Source: Lepidodermella squamata (Eukaryota > Animalia > Gastrotricha). From it: DNA of 64,000 nucleotides. The DNA lies in contig JBLDXI010000009.1 of assembly GCA_047495785.1 (NCBI GenBank), positions 4,030,001 to 4,094,000 on the forward strand, written 5' to 3'. The translations under genes were made by a program, and so were the position numbers. Shown here piece after piece: positions 48,110 to 61,300 of this stretch; the stretch's first letter is position 1; each line of letters opens with the position of its first letter. The notes below the pieces were generated by a model that saw only the letters and a program-made list of their open reading frames with translations, was not told the DNA's origin and ran no database searches.

Positions 48110-49681
48110 ATGCCATTTCCTGCGCTGCGGAATGGCAGATCGAAACTCGTACCACAATTTTTATTTGGAGTATTTGCATTTGCCACGCTGCTTCTCATGA
48201 CACTTCTTACTGCTCAATATAAAAGTTATGGGCCCCTAGAACTGGTCGCATCAGTAAAGAAGTCAAATCGGTCGATCTTTCGCAAAGCATTCAACGATGA
48301 TGATCATTTGCAGCTGGTGAACGGATTACAAACATACACAATACCTAAGTCGGTTCATTCGTCTAGACCGAACGCCGAGTCTTGCCGCAAAGATGCGAGA
48401 TCTACAGCGAGCTTCATGTTTTCAAACTTGAATTCGACGATTCCCCACGACAAGTATGTATGCAATTCTAAGCTTAATGGATTCATCGTTCCAACGCTCA
48501 AACCCATTTCCCTTGCGACGGCTGATGTTCGAACCGACTTGGTGTACTCTTTCGTAAAGGATATAATGAACGACGTTGGCGGGGAATTTAATCTGGATTG
48601 GCGCGGGGATGTGCTGCCCATCAGCCCTGCTATTGCGATATTAAAAGATGAAATGGTTCTGGTATCGCGGATATGGCTGAATAAGGAAAAGCATTACTTT
48701 GACGATAGTTACAAGCAGTTTTCAAGTGGCGCGAAAGCTATGTTGGATAACTATCTGTACAAAGTATCATACGATTTGAGAATGAAGAAAATTGTTCGTG
48801 GGTCGCTGTTGCGTATGAATATCCCTCGTCTAAAGAGGGCTTTGAGCGGCGATGGACCAATGGATCCAAAAATTTTCTTTCTGAACAACCGTCTTCATGT
48901 GATGTTCAATGCCGTAACTTCAGAAAAATCATCTGGTCGTTTGGTCGATCGAATGTACATGTTTTTGCCTGACATGGGCCCGGATGCTGTTTATGAGTTG
49001 AAGATGGATAATGTTACTCTCGCACCTCGCGATAAAGGATGGACTCCTCTCGTTTATGGCGACAAGTTATATTTTGTGTATAGATATGACCCGTTGGCCC
49101 TGGTGCAATGTGACCCAAGTGATTTTAACAATCCATGCTCTTTGATCACTCCGTTCAATGAAAATGTGATGAGCGGCTCGAATTTTGCCGACAGGTCGAC
49201 TCATTTGCGTGGCGGAAGCCCTTTTGTCGAATACATGCATCCATATTTCATCTCTGTTGGCCATGGCACATTTTTCGTGAAAAGTGGAACTCGTTATTAC
49301 ACAACAAATATAATGATGTTGAATATTCAATCGCAAAAACTCGTCTACTTCAGTTCTGACATTGCCTTTTGTGCAGAGTTATTAAATCGAACTCCTCTTG
49401 CACGGCCCTGGGTTGCCGCGTATCCATTTTTCTTTCCACTCGGTGTCTATGTATCTAATCCCAACGAACTCATCGTCTCTGGTCATTTCAACGATGCAGA
49501 AGCTGTTCTAATTCGAATCACTGGGGTGAAAGCTATTTTAGACGCTGCCATTGCTGGTGACCTTGAATCTGTCGGTGGAAATTCCGAAGATGTAAACAAA
49601 AATCTGAGAAATGGCAAGCTGAACTTTCTCCTGTTACGACAACTAACTAACGAAACTGGTCTATCTTTTGTCAGCACTTGA
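48110..49681 (+). CDS. Type II membrane protein with a five-bladed beta-propeller (GT91 beta-mannosyltransferase / GH130-like)
   Basis: Intronless, 523 aa; N-terminal TM FLFGVFAFATLLLMTLL; GPMDPKIF, DKGWTPLV..LYFVY and LRGGSP resemble the GPEDPRI, EKNWTPF and LRGGT motifs of this family. Confidence 0.7.
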   Translation: MPFPALRNGRSKLVPQFLFGVFAFATLLLMTLLTAQYKSYGPLELVASVKKSNRSIFRKAFNDDDHLQLVNGLQTYTIPKSVHSSRPNAESCRKDARSTASFMFSNLNSTIPHDKYVCNSKLNGFIVPTLKPISLATADVRTDLVYSFVKDIMNDVGGEFNLDWRGDVLPISPAIAILKDEMVLVSRIWLNKEKHYFDDSYKQFSSGAKAMLDNYLYKVSYDLRMKKIVRGSLLRMNIPRLKRALSGDGPMDPKIFFLNNRLHVMFNAVTSEKSSGRLVDRMYMFLPDMGPDAVYELKMDNVTLAPRDKGWTPLVYGDKLYFVYRYDPLALVQCDPSDFNNPCSLITPFNENVMSGSNFADRSTHLRGGSPFVEYMHPYFISVGHGTFFVKSGTRYYTTNIMMLNIQSQKLVYFSSDIAFCAELLNRTPLARPWVAAYPFFFPLGVYVSNPNELIVSGHFNDAEAVLIRITGVKAILDAAIAGDLESVGGNSEDVNKNLRNGKLNFLLLRQLTNETGLSFVST

Positions 49682-50069
49682 ATGCCGTGCTAGTTTTATA
49701 GTCATTGTACTTCTTTATACTAAAATCTTACTATTTTTCGATTCCACCTAATCAAATGTCTTCGCCGTGCACTTGCTTGTTGGTTACTGATAGTCACTTC
49801 CTCGTATATTTTACCATGCATTGTATACATCTCTTGATATATAATGTTCTAGCCGTTGCTGCTGTGGGACCTTGAACTCGTTTATTTTTCAAGTGTAAAC
49901 ATCCTGCAGTACACTCGCATGACAGGGATTGTTTATGTTTCTGGTGTGGCGACCGTTTTCATCATTAAATACCAGTCTTTCACGACAAAGATAACGCAAC
50001 TCAAAAATATTTTTCTAATTCTAGATTTTATCGTGGTTAAATTTGGAAAAAAACCGGATCTTTATCACC

Positions 50070-51152
50070 ATGTTTGACTTTCGAAGGTGAGATTATTACC
50101 TAATCAAAATTCGAATATAATTTATTGCTCATTTAGGTTCGATATTTACCGCAAAATCCCGAAAGATTTGACTCAACCGACCCTAGCCGGCGCGATTATT
50201 TCCGTACTATGCTGCGTATTTATTACCTTCCTGTTTTTGGCTGAACTCTCTGCGTTCATGACTCCAACAATGTGAGTCCATTTTTAATCAGATAATTTTT
50301 GAATATTGCGAAATATTCTCTAGAGAATCGAGCCTTAGCGTTCTAGATCCGGTTGCTACCACGGAGCGAATCCCTGTCAATCTGCGAATTATTCTGTTTA
50401 ATATGGACTGTGAAAGTAAGAGGATACCTACCTTGAAGAAATTAAGCATGATTTAATTTTTCCAATTAGTGCTTGGCCTTGATATTCAAGACCAATCAGG
50501 CCGCCACGATGTTGGTTTTGTCGAAAATGTCGAAAAAGAGGGTTACGAACACGAAAATGGAAAAGGCTGTCGGTTGACTGCTAGCTACCACGTAAATAAA
50601 ATTCCTGGAAATTTTCACCTCTCAACCCACGCTTACGCGCATGCTCAAGCCCAAGCTCATGCTCAAGGCTCGACAGTTCACCAGGAAATGCCGAAAGGTC
50701 CTGCTGACATGACTCATGCAATTGAATCTCTCACTTTCGGCCATGCTCATCAATTTGATGCACAGGGCTTTGGAATCGAAGGATCTTTCAATCCGTTACG
50801 CCATAAAGCTGGCGTTAATGGAACTCCAGTTATTCACGAGTATATTCTGAAAATCGTGCCTGCCGTGTTTCACAGTGCAGAGGGCCTTGATTTCTACCCT
50901 TATCAATACACCTACGCATATCGAGCGATCAACGCCGCTGAATTTGGCGCCATGGATTCGACTATTTGGTTTCGATATGATTTGACCCCAATCACGGTCA
51001 GCTATAAGGTGATCAAAAAGCCGCTGTATCACTTTTTAACCACCGTTTGCGCAATTGTCGGCGGAACATTTACGGTCGCTGGCATATTGGATTCGATAAT
51101 TTTCACTGCCTCAGAAGCTTACCGCAAATGGGAGATTGGAAAGCTGAATTAA
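50070..51152 (+). CDS. ERGIC1: ER-Golgi intermediate compartment protein 1
   Basis: MFDFR|RFDIYRKIPKDLTQPT, LGLDIQD..GRH.VG, NKIPGNFH, IWFRYDLTPITV, CAIVGGTFTVAG, C-terminal IGKLN; 4 exons. Confidence 0.95.
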
Positions 51153-51542
51153 TGACGAAAAATTCGCATTCTTTTAATTGAAAACATGTGATTTGCTATT
51201 GGTTTCGGGCTCACTTTATATGCTTCCACGATAGTTTTAATTTTTACTCACCTCATCTCACTATTTTATGGTGAAAATATTTGTGATATTTTATCAAAGG
51301 GTTTGATAATTTGTTTTTATTTCCTGGTTAAAGGTGCATGTTCAAAGGTTGTGTTATCTTGCCATTTACATTGAGATTTTCGAGCTTTAATGAACTTCCT
51401 CATGTGCAAACCGAAGACAAATCAAAAATTGAATGTTAGCTCATATTGTTGCTGTCTTAATTTATATTTAGAGCAAGATCTCAGTAAAATTACACTCAGT
51501 CGGTCTTAAACATCAATTCGCTTCTTACTTAGGGTTTGAAAA

Positions 51543-52767
51543 ATGAATAATAATTTATACTTCTGTATTTGTGCCGGTGGCATTTTTGTATGCTACTTCT
51601 ACTTCGGCATCATGCAAGAAGACATGTAAGCAGAGCAATTACTCCTTGAAATTTGAAAATAATGATTTTTCTTTACCAGAACGAGCCATAAGTACACGGT
51701 TGATGGCAAAACAGATCGTTTTACCTTCACGCTGTCTCTCGTATTTTTCCAATGTTTGGTCAACGCGTTGTTCGCCACCACCCTACGCGTGTTCCACCCC
51801 GACAAAAAGCCGAGCGATGCGCATTTCTACAATTACGCGTTGATGGCTATCTCGTACTTGGGCGCTATGTTGGCTTCAAATCACGCCCTGCTACACGTTT
51901 CATACCCGACACAAGTAATCGGAAAATCGATCAAGCCAATCCCGGTCATGATTTTCGGCGTTGTCTTCGCGCATAAAAGATATCCGATGGCGAAATTTTT
52001 GTTCATTCTGATGATTACGCTTGGCGTTGGCCTTTTCATGTACTCTGGCAAGTCGAGCAAACACTCGGTTGAATCAACCTCGTCAGTTCCGTATTTCGGC
52101 GAAATGCTGCTGTTGATCTCGCTGGGCTTGGACGGAGTTACTGGTGCTGTTCAGGATCGAGTTCGCCACAGACACATGCCGTCTGGCTTGGCGATGATGG
52201 TCAATTGCAATCTCTGGGCTACTATTTATTTGGGAATTGGTAAGTATATTTTGGAATATTTTCGGTTTTTCAATTGAAAAATAAGCTGGGAGTAAAATTT
52301 GAGGAAAAATCACTAAATTAAATGAAAAAACAACCTTTTTAGCTGTTTTATTATAACAAAAAAAAATTGGGGCTTTATTTTAATTTAATCGGTAGGAATT
52401 AGGTTTTCTGGCCTTAATTTATTTTTCTTCGATTTCAGCTATGGTAACATCAGGTGAAGTCTGGACTTTCGCAGAATTTGCCCAGCGCCACCCGATTGTT
52501 CTCGGCAAATTGGTCTCATTCAGTTTAGCCAGCGCTCTTGGTCAACACTTCATTTTCATGACCATTTCGCACTTTGGCCCGCTGGTTTGCTCCGTAATCA
52601 CGACTACCCGAAAGTTCTTCACCGTCCTCGGCTCAGTCGTCTTTTTCGGCCACCCTCTCGCTATTCATCAATGGTTCGGCGTCCTATGCGTATTCGTTGG
52701 CCTAGGTCTCGATGCTAAATACGGAAAGGAGCGAAAACAGCCTCATGCTGGTGAGCATAAGAAGTGA
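51543..52767 (+). CDS. SLC35B1: Solute carrier family 35 member B1
   Basis: GIFVCYFYFGIMQE, YLGAMLASNHAL..VSYPTQVIGKS.KPIPVM, DGVTGAVQDR, FGPLVCSVITTTRKFFTVL; 3 exons; C-terminal dilysine. Confidence 0.95.
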
Positions 52768-53342
52768 CTAGACAAAGGCTCTAGTAATATTTAAAATTGA
52801 TGGCGAAAAAGGAAAATAATATATTTATTATAATAATATCGCTAAGTTAATTTTTGTTCTAAACGATGATAAAGTGAGCGAAATCATCTCAAAACCTATC
52901 GCTGTGTTTCTGTAATGTGATAAACTGCTTGGTTTGCCAACAACGGAAAGTGACTGCTGTTTTCTGGGGCTCAATTGATACGGCTGTTTTCCTTGAAAGG
53001 CGAGGTGTCTGAAAAATCTAGCTTAATAACGCAATATTTCTCGGTTGTTTCTTTCTCTTTATTTCGGTGTTGAGTTCTGGTGTCGCAGTTTTTGCATACT
53101 TATTTATTGTTATTTTCTCTTTTGAGGAATTCGGGACTGAAAATTAGATTTTTTTCAGGATATTTATGACAAACCATTCTGCTGCCCTTTGCAAAGCATG
53201 AAATATTTACCTATGTGATGCGAGTATTCCAAAAAAACAATTTTGTTGTTGATCTAAGCTGCTAATAGCTGCTCAAGAATAAGATGAGAGAAGTTGAGAA
53301 TATATCTTGCCAATTCTATTTTTAGATTTTTTAACTTGAAAA

Positions 53343-55388
53343 ATGGACCCGACTACGTCTTATATGATTTCGTACGCAGTTTTCGGCCTTATTATTTTGG
53401 CCTTGTTTATCTACGCCGCTATTTATAATCGATTTTTTGCAAATCGCAACGGTCCCGGCGCAGCGGCGGTCGATGACGACGGTGAAGAGCGCCGAGTTGC
53501 ACCCAGGCGCCGTCAACAAGCTCGCCGCGTCCAACTCGGTAATGATTTATTTTGAAAATATTTTTGTTAATAACCTTTTTATTGAAATTTATGGGCCCAA
53601 TTTGAATTAATGTCTCGCCTCAAAAATGAATTTTGAAAATTTTGGAAAAATAGAAAATAAATTCAATTTTTTTATTGAATTCGTATTGTGTTTAATAGAT
53701 GATGATGACGATGAGTATGGCCTCGACGCCGCTATGCAAGACGTCGACGATACGATCGGTGCCGGGAAGAAAATTGGCACGAAGAAGCTGAAAAAACTCG
53801 AGGAGAAAGAAGCCCGCCGTCAGGCGAACGAAGCCATGAAGCAAGACCGAGCCGAACGAGCTGAACGGCAAAAGCAGCTCGAGGAAGAGCGTAAAGCGAA
53901 AGAGGCCGAGGATGAGGAGAAGCAGAAGGAAATCGAGGAAGAAGAACGGAAAAAGCGCGAAGAAAAGGAGAAGCAGGAATATGAAGAGTATTTGAAGATG
54001 AAGGCTGAATTTTCGATCGACCAAGAAGGCACGGATGAAGTCGGCCAGGAGGAAGAAGAAAACATGCTCAGCCAATTTATCACCTTCGTACAAGTAAGTT
54101 GCTCCCCTTTCATATATATATTATTTTATTTTGAAGCCCTAGTTAGTGAAGCGTATATCATTTCGTAAGAATTTTAAGGTAGATTAATATTTGGAAATCG
54201 AAACACTTCTGCACAACTGTTGGTATGCTTATTCAGGTTGTTATTTTTTAAGCCTGGGAAATGGGTTATTAAGTAGGTCATTGTGAAGTGTTATTTCACA
54301 TGCCGATCTTGGCAACAACTCAACACCTCCACCGCTGGCTGAAAATGCACCGGAATGCACCGGTATTTTAAAAGCTTATGACTGAGCTCGTAAAAACGGC
54401 TTGAACGGCGGATTGTTGCGCCGGAGTAGTGTTCGATGATGAATCGGGTTCCGCCGCTGGCGGTTTTTTAGAGGATCAGGTGAATCCTTGAAGGGTCGCA
54501 GTTGATCAGAGTATCGACGCCAAATTGGTCTGTCAGGCAAATTTAATTTCGCAAGTACGTGGACCTTCAACCTCCAGAGCTTCGGCCGAATACCATTTCG
54601 GTTCTCGATCACGGACCATGGTAGAGCGGTGATAGGACAATCAAATCGATTTTCGTACGAATTTGTCTTCCATTTAACAGTTAGTTCACTTGGTGAATGA
54701 TCATTCGGCAGCGGTGTACGACGGTAGGTGATGAGAAACTCGTTCAATGCAATTTTCGGAGCAAGATTTGACTTCTTCATGCTTTGTTTGAAAGTTTCCA
54801 CCAACCTCTCGGCTTGACCGTTCGTTCGGGGTGATACGGCGCCCCGGTCAGATGAACAACTCCTTTTTCATCGCACCACTCCTGGAACTCGTCCGATTTG
54901 AAAGTGGCTGAATTGTCAGTTACAACAGCATAGAGAAATCCGAAATGAGCCAGTAAAATTCTGTCAAGATTCTCATATCCCGTTTTGCCAAAAAAATGGT
55001 TCAGCTTAGTAACATTTTCTCATAAAATTGGCGGCGCCGCAAATTTGACTTCTATTTCATTTATTTCATTTTTCATGTGTTGAAAGCTTACATTGTATTT
55101 TGTTTGTATTTTATTTAGACTGAAAAAATCGTAACCCTCGAAGATTTGGCGGCGCGGTTCAAGCTGCGCGTTCAAGACGCGATCGACCGGCTGCAGCGGT
55201 TGATAGCCGATGGCCGCGTGACCGGTGTGATCGACGAGCGAGGCAAATTCGTCTACGTCAGCCATGAAGAACTCGCGGCTGTTGCCGAGTTCATCCGCCA
55301 GCGAGGCCGCGTTTCTTTCAGCGAGCTCGTCAACTCTTCCAATTTGATCGTGGTGCCTCAGAAAAAAGCGATAGCTGTCGAAGAATAA
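53343..55388 (+). CDS. DDRGK1: DDRGK domain-containing protein 1 (UFBP1)
   Basis: N-terminal TM; [18 protein letters not shown] coiled coil; EYEEYLKMK; LEDLAARF; [13 protein letters not shown]. Exons 53343-53538, 53699-54093 and 55119-55388. Confidence 0.95.
54376..54955 (-). mobile_element. Degenerate Ty3/Gypsy integrase fragment in DDRGK1 intron 2
   Basis: [35 protein letters not shown](frameshift)[19 protein letters not shown]...[14 protein letters not shown]; no LTRs or RT seen. Confidence 0.85.
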
Positions 55389-58300
55389 TTTTCATAAGTA
55401 ATTGAATATGATTCCACTCGTGGAACTTTTTGGTGAAAGATCGCTGTTATTGTATTTCAATGATAATAAAACTTGCTATGTATCTCTGACAGGTGACAAA
55501 ATATGTAATAAAGAGCTATTATTATTTTGCTGGAAATCAACCTTGTCTTTTAATATGAAATTTCTTTTCAGGCTCGGAATTTTTATTTTTAGAGTAATGG
55601 AGAGGTTAAGATTCGGAGTTATTTCGGTTTCTGCAGCTTGGAAAATCAAGAAAACCGATGGCGTCAAATAATTTTCTGTTTTGAGTCAAGTTTTTAACAG
55701 CTCGAGAACCTACGACCACTTCACGAAATCCGGGCAATTAAAATTAATCGGCGATATTTTACTGTTTTATTATTACCTTCCGGCCGTTGGCACTTGAAGC
55801 GCGAAAAAAAATGAATAAAAAAACATTGCTGGTCAAAATAGGGTCAAATCTACCTGCTAAAAGGGTGGTTTCTCTCAAGCCTTTTTAACTTCAGCTTTTC
55901 CAACTCCCACTCATCGATTCTTCACTTATATTATTCACTCCTTTTCTACCTTTTGCAGGAATATTATTCCGAATGGAGGTTCAGGTTATAGGTTCGTGCC
56001 TTTAATCGCTCAGTTACCTATAATCCTTATCTCAGCATTTTATTAAGCCTCTTTTCTTAACGATGGAATTCGGCAATTCGGAAAGTGAAAATTACCATAT
56101 TATTATTATTGAAAACTGGTCTGATTTGTTGGAAAGCCGGCAATTAAATTTCGTTTCGTGAAAGCGCCATCTTTATTTCTTGCTTCTTTGAGACCTCAAG
56201 CTTTCTGATTTATGTTAATTTTATCCCTCAGATTTCCACTAATTGCTTTCAAGTCGCGTCATCTGCTTTCGAGTGAAATTCCCCTCGAAAATTATTACCC
56301 TTTTGAATTTAATTGCGAAACGATTGCGACATGTGCTGATGTAAATAACAATAAAAGCCATCGCCGGCTTAGTCATATAATTGGGCACGTTTCAGGCTTG
56401 GGCGCGGGCGGATAATCCCGGGCCGCATGTGCCCGGTTCGGATTTGAGAGGAATTTTCGCAACACGACGCCGTTTCAAGAACGTGATTTACATGCGTCAA
56501 AGCACTTGCCACGGGCTGTTTTGGCCCGGCAAAAATGCGCCGCGTCGCCATATTTACCTAAATGTCTACCACGTGTGCGTCGCCGCGTTGCTGTCTCTGT
56601 GGCGTTGTTAATTATAAAACTCGGCAGGAGGCGCGGATAGACAGCAGATACTACCTAGGCTTTATACTTTCTTTTGATTGATGGGCCTTGAAAATCGCAC
56701 CGTGCAACATAACAACAAACGTTTGATGATTAGCCATGCTTGTTTTGCGTATTTATTACCTGGTTACAACGTATCGTTCATTCAGCGCCTATTTGCGTAG
56801 GTTGTAGAGAGGCGAATTCCAGAGCCGCCGCGTGCACGTGTTCGGGCCATATGCTTGTTGGCTGACCGATATTAAGGCGGCCGGGCGCGCCCAAAAATAA
56901 TCTCTCGCCAGTCCCTGCTGCATTGTTTTACGTAGCTCTTCACACTGCACCGTTCGTTATTAGCACGAGGGGCATTTAATAATAGCTGGTACGAACCAAA
57001 AGGTAAACGCGGCGCACACGCTCCGACGGCTGCTCATCCAAGTTCGTTGTGTCCCGAGCAAACACTCCCCTCGGATTTATTATTGCCCATTATCACTGCT
57101 CCAGTTCGTTCAATAAGAATTATATTTCTTACTCCGCAACTATTTAGCGCGGTAAGTATTGTCCGTCGCGGCGCCAGGTGACGACCCGCTCCCGACACGC
57201 AAAAATGGCGCTTGCTGTCAGGGTTCATTGGCGTCTAATTCAGCGGAGACTAATAATGATCGCAAAAATAAGCAGCACGAGGTCGTCGCGCGTTTTGTTG
57301 TTGTTGTTGTTGTTACTTACTATTGTTGTTGATCGTACGACCGCAGCGGCGGCGGCGGCGCCGGTCATTCAGCCATCATCTATCAGCTCGATCTTCGCTG
57401 CTGAGCAATGTAACAACACCCAAGAATTTAACCCGCACGCGCTTCTTATACACGGCATATTCATCACAATTAATTAACCATTTTTAATTCAATTCATTAA
57501 TCCAATTATTTTTTGCTATGCTTTTGCCCGGCATTGCATATCGATAAACTTCACCACTACAAGGTATAATTACCCGTTTTTTCATCATGCCACAAAAATA
57601 ATGATGTCAGTGATTTCGCGGATGACGGATGAGTAAGAGCCGTTTTCCGGCCGCGGTGACCCAGTCGGCGTGACCTAGATTCGCCGCTTTGATCTTGAGC
57701 GGCGCAAAAACGCCGGTGGCGAGAAAATTTCCTCTCGTTATCATCTTCCCCTCTCGCACATCACTCGTCTACCATCTTACAATAATAGAGCTCTAATACT
57801 ATGTTCTTTTTACTGCTTGAGGAATGCTGAAATTTTGAAAACTCCGCCTTAAAAAGTCCTCATTTGCTGTTTTCGCACTTATTTTAGTGCTTTTTACTGC
57901 CCTTGTCTGTGTTTTCGATAGCTTTCGCGGTTTTACCTTCATCTTTTTATTAATTTATGATCGATTTTATTCTAAGGTACCCGCGATATTAAAACTTGCT
58001 CAATTTCCTCAACTAGCTTGGTCACATTCGATAGAAAGCTCTCGCGGGCTACAGAAAAATTAAGGGGGTATTATATACCTGTAGGCATTATTTTCCGTGA
58101 AAAGGGAAGAAACAAACAAAGTCATAGATGCCTATTGACAAAGGTATGTATTGTTTGTTTCTTGTTATGTCAATAGCCAATAGGCTTCTCCATTCACGTG
58201 TTTGTAAGGCAGAGATGATCGCGAAAAAGCAGGCGCGTTTTGTTGTCGTTGTTATAAGGTAGAGCGTAAATTTCGGTAATAACAATAATAACACCGCGTT

Positions 58301-61300
58301 TTTACGACGGTGGAAATATAATTATTATTTTACAGCTGAAATATAATTGCCATTACGAGAATAGACGACTGGCTTGTCGACTTATGTACCTTTTTATTGT
58401 TTTATCGCCACGTTCGCCATGCCTTATTATTACGGCGTTAATTGAAAAGAGTGGCGACAATAGTGGCCTTTTCATTAGCAGAAAGAGAGTGGACTGAACT
58501 AGAGAACTAGGCACCTGAGTTTCTTGTCTCCCACACCATCGCCTTGTCACTCATTTGTAATAACAAGCGTTATTTTAGTCCTTATCGCTTCAAGTGGCGT
58601 AACTGCAACTTCCTGGAGATTTCCGTCAGCGCTAACCTTTTCTTGTTTTATTTGTGTTTCTTCGTTCGTCGTTTTATTTTGCTGACTTGTGTGGCGCCCT
58701 CATCATTTAATCATACACTTTGGCTACCTACTTTTGCGCGACGGCCCGACCTCATTTTTATTACTGGGAGGATGCGATGATGAGCCAGTCGTCGCCGCGC
58801 GGCTGCCTTAATTACGTTGAATTTTGAACTCGGCCAAATGCGCATGAAACATTTACTAGTCGGCGATGAACAGCAAACATCATATACACGGCGTTGGAAT
58901 GTATAAACGCAAACTGCTGTTATTATTATTGCTGTTGTTACTGTTAAATTCTCGCACGCGAGTTATTGATTGCTTTCTGCTGCGGTGGCAGTGGTGGCGG
59001 GCGCGGGTCATCGTAGTTGTGTACCCACCACCCCCCGCGCCATAAATCAGAGGGCGATTTCGTGGCAAAAGTGTCACTTTTACAACACGCCTATGATATA
59101 TCGCTGTGCTAGACTGGGACCCGCGCATATGCGAACGAGTCCCCACATCCGCGACGAGGTTTGGGTTTCATGTAAGCGAGATCAATTTGCCGCATGATTA
59201 TGATTATGATGACCCTTTTGCGTGCATTTTACAACGCACAACGCGCCCTCAACAACTACTCCCGAGGCGGCCATCTTATAGGCGATTATAGCCTTACGTC
59301 TTCGTAGTCGTCGTCGTATACAGTCATTCATTAGCAGAATGGAGATGATTGCTGCGAGACAGAACGCGCGCGCGCCACTTAATAACTCCATCATCCTTTT
59401 TGTGCCTTGTTAATTGGTTCCACTTGTAGCGCTGATGATTCCCTCGTTTAGAGTTAGCAGTGACTTGTTCTACGAGAGAAAAAGATTTGCATTCCTAAGT
59501 TGTTTATGCTTTGTTTATAACAAGCACAGGCGACGCTCGGCTTCCGTCATCTTTCTTGTGTGCAGTGTTGTCTTCTTGTTATTTAGCGACGCTCTGGGAC
59601 TCGCCATCATTTTACGCGCTCGTGCTTTGATTTTCTTCTCTTTTATTATTCCCCGCGATATATACACGCGTAAAAAAGTCTCACGTCGCCGCCTTTATTT
59701 TTATTGAGAAAAACAAACAACTTTTATTGTTATGGCTTTTGCGCGCTCCGAGGAAGATTATCATACGATTATCATGATAATGCAATTTTTTTCGGTGACG
59801 GGCCTGGGTGAAAAAATTCCGATTTTGTAATTAGCTGAGAAATCGATGGATAATTTTCGCCGAAGAGATGAGGATGGCGGCTTGTCAAAATACACACGCT
59901 TCGGTGCATCGCGCTTGTGTGTAAGACAAAACTTGGCCAAAAATCTAGTTGTGTTAGTATATTGTATATTAAATTAGCAGCCTTAGCTAGCGCCGCCGCC
60001 ATCCTTCCTGTCAAAGATTTGTGCCGCGCAAATTAGCGCAAATCGAAGCTTGTGCAGAAAATTGGCCACAAAGTTGACAATAATATCGCTGTCTCAAGCG
60101 ACGCGGCCTGCCGTGTCCTAAAATCAACATCAACAACAACAACAAACGGCGATTATTACAATCACGTTTAATGTAAGCGGCGTGTGAATTCTTATCTCTG
60201 TCTTCTTGTTCTTCTGCGCGTGCTCGTTCGCGTTTTCAAGAACTGGCCAATCATGAGTCGACACAGTGCGCGCTCGGCTGATTACCCAGCTACTACCTGC
60301 ATTAAAAATTCGAGTTTGTTTTTCGTACGCCTTAAACAGGCCGAGCTGCGGATGACTTGTTTTCTTGATTAATAATATCGACGAGCTGCAGCAGCACCTT
60401 GGAAAAATCAATACAACACTGGCCGGCATTTCTTTATTAAAGAAAACAAGACATGCGTAGGTATTTGTACCCTCTACTACTCGTCTTGTTTCTCGCGCCC
60501 TCATCTACTACGTATTGTTTATTTGTTATTTTTACCGTTGTGCAATCTATCAACCGCCAACGCGGTGTTAGGCGCGCGCGCGCGTTAGAACGAACGCTCA
60601 TCATCATCATCTTCATGATTTTTCATTAACCTTGTCTGTTATAGGTTTATTGCTTGTTATTACTGCTGCGGAATCGGCGGCGGTGGTACTACTAGCTGTT
60701 TTAACACCTCGACCTCTTCTTCCTTTTCTTCCTGTGTTCCAAAACTGCTTCCTCAGGCTTGTTGATGTCTGTTTAATATATGTATGCTCAGTGTTGATCG
60801 CATTAAAAAGTTTGCGCTTTCTATTTATTCGGGGCGCTGCAGCCGCTGTTGTTGTTGTGATTTACCATTGTGCGAGCCCGCGACCTGAAAAGATGAAGCT
60901 TCATCATCGTTTCCGTGTCGGAAAAAAGCAGCAGCTGCATTATTGAGGTCAGCGTGTTTGACCTGCGCAAACATCATTGTCATTTTCTGCTGCGACGATG
61001 ACGACGTTTTATTGCCACTATTATGCATCAGTGTTATTGTTATTTGCCATACGGCTTGCTGCTTGTACCCGCCTCAATAACACAGGTAATCCCGGTGGCG
61101 ATTTTGGCGTGTAACCGCTTGAAAAACGCGCTCCACGCTGGCTACTGCATTATAGTATTTTTGTCGAGAGCGATGACCGCCGCTTTGTTTATCATGCCAT
61201 TTCCTGGCCGCGTAATACTACCGGCAATCTGGATTGGTTCTGGCCCAGAATCGACGGGATTGGCTATGTCATGATCGCGTGCCAGTTGAGCGGAAAATTT

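Noticed and set aside
55226-55250. DERGK instead of DDRGK in DDRGK1
   Set aside because: A conservative single substitution; the rest of the domain is typical.
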